DNA of 5,553 nucleotides from a virus (Duplodnaviria; Heunggongvirae; Uroviricota; Caudoviricetes): IMG/VR virus record IMGVR_UViG_2541047097_000025; one strand, 5' to 3'. Shown piece by piece: positions 1 to 5,423 of this stretch (position 1 is its first letter; each line of letters starts with the position of its first letter). The notes under the pieces were generated by a model. It saw only the letters and a program-made list of their open reading frames with translations, ran no database searches and was not told where the DNA came from. The position numbers and the translations under genes were made by a program.

Positions 1-579
1 TTAGCCATTAAGTTTAACTGCCAGACCTGCGACATATTCCCCTTGATAACGAGCAATAGACAGTTCTTCCTGGCTGGGCTGGCGTGAACCGTCACCGCCT
101 GCGATGGTGGTTGCGCCGTACGGCGTACCGCCGCGAACCTGTGAAACGTCAAATAATTCCTGCGCTGCGTAGCCAATGGGGACAATCACCATGCCGTGAT
201 GCGCAAGGGTCGTCCAGGTGGATGTGATGGTTTGTTCCTGACCGCCGCCAGTACCGGTGGAACTAAAGACGCTCGCCAGTTTTCCGTATAGTGCGCCGGA
301 AGCCCACAGGCCGCCCGTCTGGTCGAGGAAGGTACGCATTTGACCGGACATGTTGCCAAAGCGGGTAGGTGTACCAAAAATAATGGCGTCGTAATTGGCC
401 AGTTCTTGCGGGGTTGCAACCGGTGCAGTTTGCGTTTTACCGCCTGCTTTTTCAAATAATTGCGGCGACATGGTTTCCGGTACACGCTTAACGACAACTT
501 CAGCGCCATCCACTTTGCTTGCACCCTCAGCGACTGCGCGTGCCATCGTTTCAACATGTCTAAGGATATGGTTTATCAT
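1..579 (-). CDS. wrbA: WrbA NAD(P)H:quinone oxidoreductase, 3' portion fused to a phage-derived 5' end (prophage-disrupted, chimeric)
   Basis: The translation from about residue 9 onward ([29 protein letters not shown]...[13 protein letters not shown]) matches E. coli WrbA as I recall it. The first 8 residues (MINHILRH) replace the native N-terminus (recalled as MAKVLVLYYSMYGH), which carries the flavodoxin-type FMN-binding loop. The stop codon is at 1-3 and the ATG at 577-579 has no Shine-Dalgarno (SD) sequence. Confidence 0.88.
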   Translation of the reverse strand: MINHILRHVETMARAVAEGASKVDGAEVVVKRVPETMSPQLFEKAGGKTQTAPVATPQELANYDAIIFGTPTRFGNMSGQMRTFLDQTGGLWASGALYGKLASVFSSTGTGGGQEQTITSTWTTLAHHGMVIVPIGYAAQELFDVSQVRGGTPYGATTIAGGDGSRQPSQEELSIARYQGEYVAGLAVKLNG

Positions 580-580
580 T
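540..580. other. Approximate prophage-host junction (attL/attR core region) inside wrbA
   Basis: The WrbA-like translation diverges from the recalled native sequence just upstream of the HVETMA codons (about 550-560), and the integrase stop lies at 576-578. Exact core boundaries cannot be fixed without an uninterrupted wrbA reference. Confidence 0.5.
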
Positions 581-1886
581 TTGAAAAATATAATTTTATT
601 TCATCCTCCTGGTCACTTTGGGGCACGTCTGGGGCACGGGCATTAAGGACATTATTCAACATGGCAACTTGAGTCACGCTGCACTCAGGCATCCATGCAC
701 CATAAACATTGTAGACCATGCTGGCGCTGGAGTGCCCCATCTGTGATGCAATAAATGTCGGGTTTGCTCCGGAAGATAAAGCCCAGCACGCATAGGTATG
801 GCGTGACTGATACGCTTTACGGGATCGGATACCCGCTCTTTTTATTGCTGAATCCCATGTCGCTCCGATGGAGCTTACCGCGTAGTTAATACCCGCCTTG
901 TGATTCTTGCGAACGATTTGCGGACAGAAAACAAAAGTGCACTCGTGCAAAATTGTTCTTCCGTACTCGCGTAATTGAACAGTGATCTGATGCTGCCTGC
1001 TAAGACGAGTAAGCATCGCCTGGTTTTTAAGTGCTTCAATTGCTGGTGCCAGAAGATGTATAACCCGGTTAGTGCCTGCGTCGGTCTTTGGTAGCGTAAA
1101 ATCACCTATTTTTGTAAAATTTCGTCGCACTGTTATCGTGCCAGCTTTCAGGTCGATATCCTCCCATGCAAGTGCGGCAATTTCACCGTGTCGCATCCCT
1201 GTAAAAACAGCCACTGTCCAGAGGTTTTTGGTCTGTTGATGATGGCAGGCATCAATGAGACGGCTAAACTCATCTCTGGTCAGTGGATCCGGCACTGGTT
1301 TTGATTTCCTCAGCGGTGTTATTGAATTAAACGGGTTTTTCTCCAGATACCCGTTTTCGGCGGCAAAGCTGAACATTCCGGCTGTTGTTGTCATGTAATA
1401 GTTCACTGTGGGTACGGTTCTTCCTTTTCGGGACGTGCTGGTTTTCCTGCTTCCCTTTTCCCCGGTCAGTAAATCTTTCCTGATAAACAGCAGATCTTCT
1501 TTTGTAATCGATGACGCCAGCCTGCCAGGACCAAGCCTCGGTAGCATATTTTTCATCACTGATTGATAACGATTTAAGGCGTTACTACCGATTTCCATTG
1601 CTTTCAGAGTAAGCCATTTCTGTGCCAGTTCACCGACGGTGATATCTTTTTTTACCAGGCCAAATAGCTTCAGGTTAGGTGAGTCAGGGAATCGATCGGC
1701 ATAATCAAACGTTCCTGTTCTGATTGCAAAGCAGACCGAAGCCCTTAACTCACCAGCGATCTTTCTGTTTTTCGGTGTATCGGGCACGCGAAGATTTTCG
1801 CGCACTCGTTTACCCCTGTACTTAAACGTTATTCGGAGTTTTCCTCCGTGATTTTCAACGCCGGCTGGATAGGCTGAATTCGCCAT
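576..1886 (-). CDS. int: Phage tyrosine integrase with DUF3596-like N-terminal arm-binding domain
   Basis: The N-terminus ([18 protein letters not shown]...[14 protein letters not shown]) is typical of DUF3596-type integrases. The C-terminal catalytic region has the tyrosine-recombinase pattern (TGMRHGE, SRHTYA, MGHSS, VYNVYG). I place the start at ATG 1884-1886, which has a strong SD (AGGAGG, 1891-1896 on the complement) 4 nt upstream, rather than at the GTG at 1910 used by the ORF track. The stop TGA at 576-578 overlaps the chimeric wrbA ATG as ATGA. Confidence 0.9.
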   Translation of the reverse strand: MANSAYPAGVENHGGKLRITFKYRGKRVRENLRVPDTPKNRKIAGELRASVCFAIRTGTFDYADRFPDSPNLKLFGLVKKDITVGELAQKWLTLKAMEIGSNALNRYQSVMKNMLPRLGPGRLASSITKEDLLFIRKDLLTGEKGSRKTSTSRKGRTVPTVNYYMTTTAGMFSFAAENGYLEKNPFNSITPLRKSKPVPDPLTRDEFSRLIDACHHQQTKNLWTVAVFTGMRHGEIAALAWEDIDLKAGTITVRRNFTKIGDFTLPKTDAGTNRVIHLLAPAIEALKNQAMLTRLSRQHQITVQLREYGRTILHECTFVFCPQIVRKNHKAGINYAVSSIGATWDSAIKRAGIRSRKAYQSRHTYACWALSSGANPTFIASQMGHSSASMVYNVYGAWMPECSVTQVAMLNNVLNARAPDVPQSDQEDEIKLYFSK

Positions 1887-1938
1887 TGTTCCTCCTGCGT
1901 CCAAGAGCACGCTCAGGTTATACTCTTATGGACAAGAA

Positions 1939-2223
1939 TTAAACATCCTGAGATGGTAAGGGTTGGTTTTTGATCCAAGTGTTGATGGTAGGAAGATGAT
2001 AGAGACATTCGCTGTTTTTCTTTGGCGTTCCGTCGGGGGCGATTTGTTTATATTCTCTGCCGTTCATCCACGCACTGTCCCTGGCGCGTAATATTGTTCC
2101 TTTTCTCAGGCCTGTTACAGCCATTAAAAGCTCCAGTGTTACCCATTCATTCGCATTTATCTGTACAACAGGTGTGATGACTGGCTGAATGCCATGGTTA
2201 TGTTGGTTTACTAACTCGCGCAT
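1939..2223 (-). CDS. xis: Excisionase-like protein (Xis, recombination directionality factor)
   Basis: The motif EWVTLELLMAVTGLRKGTILRARDSAWMNGREY...PDGTPKKNSECLYH matches the phage excisionase-like family (PF07825-type) from memory. It sits immediately upstream of int, in the lambda-like xis-int order. The start is taken as ATG 2221-2223 (weak SD AGAGG); the ATG at 2238 has no SD, so the start is uncertain by 15 nt. Confidence 0.72.
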   Translation of the reverse strand: MRELVNQHNHGIQPVITPVVQINANEWVTLELLMAVTGLRKGTILRARDSAWMNGREYKQIAPDGTPKKNSECLYHLPTINTWIKNQPLPSQDV

Positions 2224-2244
2224 AAGTTGCCTCTGCATGTGTAA

Positions 2245-2266
2245 GAAAAAACCGCCATCAGGCGGC
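2245..2266 (-). terminator. Putative rho-independent terminator between the zinc-ribbon gene and xis
   Basis: On the minus strand the sequence reads GCCGCC-TGAT-GGCGG followed by TTTTTT: an all-GC 5-6 bp stem, a 4-nt loop and a T-tract (plus-strand 2245-2266). Confidence 0.5.
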
Positions 2267-2308
2267 TTGGTGTTCTTTCAGTTCTTCAATTCGAATATTG
2301 GTTACGTC

Positions 2309-2608
2309 TTATTCGATGCGCACTCCTGGTATTTCGCCTTTTGATATTGCTAAGTCATAAATTTGCGCGGCACTATACCCATCTCGCATCCATGAATCTA
2401 AGGCGCGAACAGCCTCGCTACGCTTTTTATCTTCTCTCTCATTTTTGATATCAACGAGGACATCAACGCAATTAAGGCAAATGTGGATTTTGTCTTTACA
2501 TTCGATCATGGCGGCTTTGCCATGATTTCCGCCACACAGTGAGCATAAATCTTCAGGGTCTGGCTGGTATTTCTGTAACGTTAGAGGGTTGAATGTTGAA
2601 CAGGCCAT
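2309..2608 (-). CDS. Small zinc-ribbon protein (CxxC-x18-CxxC) with helical C-terminal region; possible DNA-binding regulator
   Basis: ORF with cysteine pairs CSLC and CLNC separated by 18 residues. Of three in-frame ATGs (2620, 2614, 2608), only 2608 has an SD (GGAG, 6 nt spacing). The gene is flanked by terminator-like hairpins on both sides. Confidence 0.6.
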   Translation of the reverse strand: MACSTFNPLTLQKYQPDPEDLCSLCGGNHGKAAMIECKDKIHICLNCVDVLVDIKNEREDKKRSEAVRALDSWMRDGYSAAQIYDLAISKGEIPGVRIE

Positions 2609-2620
2609 AATCATCTCCAT

Positions 2621-2645
2621 AAAACAAAACTCGCCGTAGCGAGTT
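2621..2645 (-). terminator. Putative rho-independent terminator between the ASCH-like gene and the zinc-ribbon gene
   Basis: On the minus strand the sequence reads AACTCGC-TACG-GCGAGTT followed by TTGTTTT (7 bp stem, 4-nt loop, T-tract), ending directly before the zinc-ribbon gene start region. Confidence 0.4.
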
Positions 2646-2679
2646 CAGATAAAAGAAATCCCCGCGAGTGCGAGGATTG

Positions 2680-2964
2680 TTATTCATTGCCGATATTCAC
2701 CTTTATCGCGAACACCTTTACCGGTTTATCACCGAAGTGCGGATGTGTGATTGTCTTGATTTCATATCCGTCATACGGAACATCAATTCTTCGGCTGGAA
2801 TCGTCGCGCTTCGGATATCCCTTTGTGATAATCAGGCGGTCATACTCGCGGAACATAATTCGCTTATTCCAGTAGTCATTAAACAGGCGATACTCTTCCG
2901 TTTTCTCTCCGCGAATCATGGCATCGAAGTATTCACCTTTAACGGCAAGTTGCAGGTTAGCCAC
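2680..2964 (-). CDS. ASCH/DUF3850-like domain protein
   Basis: The translation (KGEYFDAMIRGEKTEEYRLFNDYW...EYDRLIITKGYP) resembles phage ASCH-like proteins. The preferred start is GTG 2962-2964, with a strong SD (AGGAGG) 6 nt upstream, and it overlaps the stop of the upstream DUF551 gene. The longer ORF-track start at 3045 would overlap that gene by about 90 nt. Confidence 0.62.
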   Translation of the reverse strand: MANLQLAVKGEYFDAMIRGEKTEEYRLFNDYWNKRIMFREYDRLIITKGYPKRDDSSRRIDVPYDGYEIKTITHPHFGDKPVKVFAIKVNIGNE

Positions 2965-3580
2965 GGTTAACCTCCTGCGGCGGTTCTGGTAGCGGCATCC
3001 AGTGAGTTGCTTGCTCAATACCATTACCCGGCTTAATCGTTGCATCTCCGCGCCGAAAGGTGCTTCCGGTATAGCGTGCGGAGCATATTAGCGGTTCAAC
3101 CAGAGAGCTATCGAAATTCACCGAAATAAGCACGTTCTGGCCCTTTTCAGGCATTCGATCACTACAGCTTATCCAACTATCCGGAGTTACCGGAGAGTTA
3201 CCAGCCTCATAAGCGGATTTCATCCAGTGCGTAAGCGTTTCGATGCTTACACATCCGCAATCAACGTCTATTTTTTCTTTTTGTTCTGACAACCATTCCT
3301 GGAATGACAGCTTGGCAGTCTGGCTTGCTGGATCAATTCGTGGCAGGCCGATATATAGTGGTACATTTCCCGGCTCCATCGAATTGTCGGGACAAATAAA
3401 CGTGTTACAACCATATTTAACGAGCTCAATTCCCACTGTGTCGATAGTGGCGAATGGTTCAGTGGTCAATGCAGTCAACGCAATTTCATAAGCACGGCGC
3501 TCAATATTATCTCGCACGTCCAGGCTGCCGATTCGCTCTTTGATTTCTTTAATCATTTCTTTGTCGGTGAACGTTGTCAT
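2957..3580 (-). CDS. DUF551 domain-containing phage protein with uncharacterised N-terminal domain
   Basis: The C-terminus (WISCSDRMPEKGQNVL...ATHWMPLPEPPQ) has the DUF551 signature HWMPLPEPP. The ATG at 3578-3580 has an SD (AAGGA) 7 nt upstream, and the upstream gene's stop TAA lies 3 nt before it. Confidence 0.8.
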   Translation of the reverse strand: MTTFTDKEMIKEIKERIGSLDVRDNIERRAYEIALTALTTEPFATIDTVGIELVKYGCNTFICPDNSMEPGNVPLYIGLPRIDPASQTAKLSFQEWLSEQKEKIDVDCGCVSIETLTHWMKSAYEAGNSPVTPDSWISCSDRMPEKGQNVLISVNFDSSLVEPLICSARYTGSTFRRGDATIKPGNGIEQATHWMPLPEPPQEVNRG

Positions 3581-3583
3581 GTG

Positions 3584-3871
3584 TTAGTCCTTATCCACTT
3601 CAACGCCATCTTTCAGCGTGATGCCGTGCCAATCATCAGCCCAACTGGTTAACCCAGGCGCATCAATGCTAGGCATATAGACGCTTGCAGTGTGGTAGCC
3701 CTTATCGTTATCAATGCTGGCAACGTGCTCGCCGTTGTATGCGCTCAGCGTGTCTAGGACACTATAAAACTTTCCTCCGGCTGCCCTGAAATCCTTTACA
3801 GCCTTCACAAGACGATTCCACGCTTTTTCCTGTTCTGGCGTCAGGTCGATTAATTCCTGCAAAGTTGCCAT
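3584..3871 (-). CDS. Hypothetical small phage protein (95 aa)
   Basis: Start ATG 3869-3871 with an SD (AAGGAAAA) embedded in the last codons of the upstream gene (pattern TGA-A-ATG). The stop TAA at 3584-3586 is coupled to the DUF551 gene start. Confidence 0.7.
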   Translation of the reverse strand: MATLQELIDLTPEQEKAWNRLVKAVKDFRAAGGKFYSVLDTLSAYNGEHVASIDNDKGYHTASVYMPSIDAPGLTSWADDWHGITLKDGVEVDKD

Positions 3872-3872
3872 T

Positions 3873-4091
3873 TCAGTTTTCCTTATATGGGTTAATTTTA
3901 TTGTGCAGTGTGTTGAACGACGCCCATACCACGTCGTTATACAACTCAATAACTAGCTCAATTATTTTCCCGATTGCCCAGACAAAAATTAGCGGGGATA
4001 TCGGTGTCATCAACACGATAAACAGAATGAGAAACAAAAATTCTGTCGCTCTACTTTTTCGCGGATATTCTTTTCTGAATAATGTAGGCAC
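3873..4091 (-). CDS. Small single-pass membrane protein (72 aa), AT-rich gene
   Basis: Basic N-terminus (RKEYPRKSR) followed by one hydrophobic segment (FLFLILFIVLMTPISPLIFVWAIG). GTG start at 4089-4091 preceded by an SD (AAAGGAGAG) and the upstream stop (pattern TGA-T-GTG). The gene is visibly AT-rich relative to its neighbours. Confidence 0.52.
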   Translation of the reverse strand: MPTLFRKEYPRKSRATEFLFLILFIVLMTPISPLIFVWAIGKIIELVIELYNDVVWASFNTLHNKINPYKEN

Positions 4092-4105
4092 ATCACTCTC
4101 CTTTG
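4089..4105. repeat. Direct repeat copy 1 (CACATCACTCTCCTTTG) at the junction of the 71-aa and 72-aa genes
   Basis: Shares the exact 13-mer ATCACTCTCCTTT (4092-4104) with 4309-4321, and 15 of 17 positions overall. On the coding strand it reads AAAGGAGAGTGAT plus start codon. Confidence 0.8.
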
Positions 4106-4308
4106 TTGCTCCTCAAAATTTTATGCCCTGGCGCAAAAGCACGCGTTTTGTCTTTGCTTATTCGCCAGCCATCCTTGCGCGCCTCTTTTGCACAGCCAGC
4201 CCATGACGTACCGATATACTCACCGAAGTCTGGCGACTTATATTTGCCATCTGTACACTGGAGGCAATCACAATAGAGATGCATGGTGTAACTTGCAGCA
4301 ATAGCCAT
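4093..4308 (-). CDS. Hypothetical Cys-containing small protein (71 aa)
   Basis: ATG 4306-4308 preceded by an SD (AAAGGAGAG) and the upstream stop (pattern TGA-T-ATG). Contains a CxCxxC cluster plus a distal Cys. The ORF-track start at 4380 is a GTG with no SD. Confidence 0.6.
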   Translation of the reverse strand: MAIAASYTMHLYCDCLQCTDGKYKSPDFGEYIGTSWAGCAKEARKDGWRISKDKTRAFAPGHKILRSNKGE

Positions 4309-4322
4309 ATCACTCTCCTTTA
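4306..4322. repeat. Direct repeat copy 2 (CATATCACTCTCCTTTA) at the junction of the 62-aa and 71-aa genes
   Basis: Same 13-mer as copy 1, in the same position relative to a stop codon and the next start codon. Confidence 0.8.
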
Positions 4323-4498
4323 GTGCGCAAGTGGTTTTTCCAGCGGTTTTGCTCCGCGCTGGGCTTTTTGCAAAAACCACAATCCATCATCCCGTAATAT
4401 TTCATCAACCCCATCCGTCGGTTGCTGAGTCTCACCCACTGCCAGACGCCAGGAGCGTTTCTACGAACTAACAGAATCTTTGCTTTACGGTTTTTCAT
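4310..4498 (-). CDS. Hypothetical small basic protein (62 aa) with C-terminal CxxC
   Basis: Internal ATG 4496-4498 with a strong SD (AGGAGAG) 7 nt upstream, and an ATGA overlap with the stop of the upstream 51-aa ORF. Alternative model: a 109-aa protein starting at ATG 4639 in the same frame, which lacks an SD. Confidence 0.5.
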   Translation of the reverse strand: MKNRKAKILLVRRNAPGVWQWVRLSNRRMGLMKYYGMMDCGFCKKPSAEQNRWKNHLRTKGE

Positions 4499-4650
4499 CG
4501 TTTTGCTCTCCTGCATCTCTTTGCTGCTCGTCGTGCCGCTGCAATACCGGTATGGCGGCGCTTTGGTGTCGGGATGATGTTCTTTGCAATTAGCGCAGAA
4601 GCCCAAAAACGAGTCGGATACGGTAACAAGCCGATACATGCCACACGCAT
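4495..4650 (-). CDS. Hypothetical small protein (51 aa), hydrophobic N-terminus and Arg/Lys-rich tail
   Basis: Not in the ORF track. ATG 4648-4650 overlaps the Ead-like stop as TAATG and has an SD (GAGGTGA) about 5 nt upstream. The stop TGA at 4495-4497 overlaps the next ATG. The last 12 codons use rare Arg codons, so the model is tentative. Confidence 0.4.
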   Translation of the reverse strand: MRVACIGLLPYPTRFWASALIAKNIIPTPKRRHTGIAAARRAAKRCRRAKR

Positions 4651-5423
4651 TACTCACCTCTTTTGATGCGAATGCCAGCGGCGCGCTCGGCTTCACTTTG
4701 TTCCCAAAACCACTTGTGAAGCGCCATAAGCTTTTCGTCAATCGGTGCATATTTGCGATTAAAGTAGGCCTGAGCATCTTTCTCAGATTCGTCCGGTAAT
4801 TCGCCAGGGCCAAACAGTGTGTTATAAATCCATGCTAGTCCGCTCTTAGCGTCGCCAGTTGCCTGCCATTCGATAATGGCAGCCTGCATGACCAGAATGT
4901 TTTTCCCGATTAATAGGTCCAGTTCTTTGTACCGGTTGCGGATGTATGCATTCTCGCTTTGTAATTTTGCGTTGCGCTTTTCTGAGGCTTCAAGTAACGC
5001 CTGCTTATCGCGTAGAGCTTCTTCCAGTTCAGCAACATGGCATTCACTATCAATAAGGTTGTTCTCTGCTGCTTCAAGCTCAACACGCAGCTTCCCAACC
5101 GTAAGCGCAATCTCCTCGTTCTCCTGGTCGCGGCGTTTGATGTATTGCTGGTTTCTTTCCTGTTCATCCAGCAGTGCCAGCACGGTAGCCGGGTTAGCCT
5201 CTGCTATGAATTCAGCGTTTGCATAAGCCTGATCATCTGATTCAATCAGGCAGTTAACATGACATTCCGCAATCACGCCACCGGGTTCTCCTTTCCATTT
5301 TTGGCAAACAAAAACTCCTGTTAAATTGCCGTGCTGGTTAACAGATGTATGCCCTACGATGTAGCTTCCTTTAGTTGCTTTCTCTGCCTTTTCACGCAGT
5401 GCCTGATAGTCAATCTTGCTCAT
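4650..5423 (-). CDS. Ead/Ea22-like family protein with central coiled-coil region
   Basis: The N-terminal region (ALREKAEKATKG...DDQAYANAEFIAEANPATVLALLDEQE) matches the Ead/Ea22-like domain of lambdoid early-left genes from memory. It is followed by a long Glu/Leu/Lys-rich helical stretch. I place the start at ATG 5421-5423 rather than the TTG at 5447. Confidence 0.78.
   Translation of the reverse strand: MSKIDYQALREKAEKATKGSYIVGHTSVNQHGNLTGVFVCQKWKGEPGGVIAECHVNCLIESDDQAYANAEFIAEANPATVLALLDEQERNQQYIKRRDQENEEIALTVGKLRVELEAAENNLIDSECHVAELEEALRDKQALLEASEKRNAKLQSENAYIRNRYKELDLLIGKNILVMQAAIIEWQATGDAKSGLAWIYNTLFGPGELPDESEKDAQAYFNRKYAPIDEKLMALHKWFWEQSEAERAAGIRIKRGE

Noticed and set aside
186-557. 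Minus-strand ORF 186..557 (123 aa)
   Set aside because: Alternative frame entirely inside wrbA, with an Arg/Pro/Ala-rich composition typical of out-of-frame translation of GC-rich coding DNA.
570-600. AT-rich stretch at the int 3' end as an IHF site or as the att core itself
   Set aside because: No good match to the IHF consensus WATCAANNNNTTR on either strand. The stretch encodes the int C-terminus, and the wrbA divergence point places the crossover further toward 550-560.
395-672. Plus-strand ORFs 395..646 and 460..672
   Set aside because: They are antisense to the well-supported wrbA and int coding sequences, have no SD and no recognisable protein features.
875-1105. Minus-strand ORF 875..1105 (76 aa)
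   Set aside because: Out-of-frame ORF nested within the integrase gene.
1887-1910. Integrase start at GTG 1910 (ORF-track N-terminal extension MLLDAGGT)
   Set aside because: The extension is a translation of the AGGAGG SD region itself. The ATG at 1886 sits at ideal spacing from that SD.
2655-2679. Second hairpin-like dyad (AATCC...GGATT) just after the ASCH-like stop
   Set aside because: Only a 5-bp stem with a long, poorly pairing loop and no T-tract; not convincing as a terminator or operator.
2668-2970. Plus-strand ORFs 2668..2970 and 2687..2875
   Set aside because: Antisense to the ASCH-like gene; no SD and no domain signal.
3243-3491. Plus-strand ORF 3243..3491
   Set aside because: Antisense to the DUF551 gene.
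3872-3949. N-terminal extension of the 95-aa gene to 3949 (MSCITTWYGRRS...)
   Set aside because: It would overlap the membrane-protein gene by about 80 nt. The internal ATG at 3871 has an SD and the same stop-N-start junction pattern as its neighbours.
3865-4206. Plus-strand ORF 3865..4206 (113 aa) across the AT-rich region
   Set aside because: TTG start without an SD. It overlaps the well-supported 3' end of the 71-aa minus-strand gene and the membrane-protein gene. I considered an opposite-strand moron here and judged it less likely than the minus-strand model.
4309-4380. Start of the 71-aa gene at GTG 4380
   Set aside because: No SD, and it overlaps the upstream gene. The ATG at 4308 has a strong SD and a coupled junction.
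4584-5240. Plus-strand ORFs 4584..4799, 4876..5226, 5037..5240 and minus ORF 4910..5167
   Set aside because: Antisense or out-of-frame within the Ead/Ea22-like gene. The Ser/Ala-rich translations are typical of reading a coiled-coil gene in the wrong frame.
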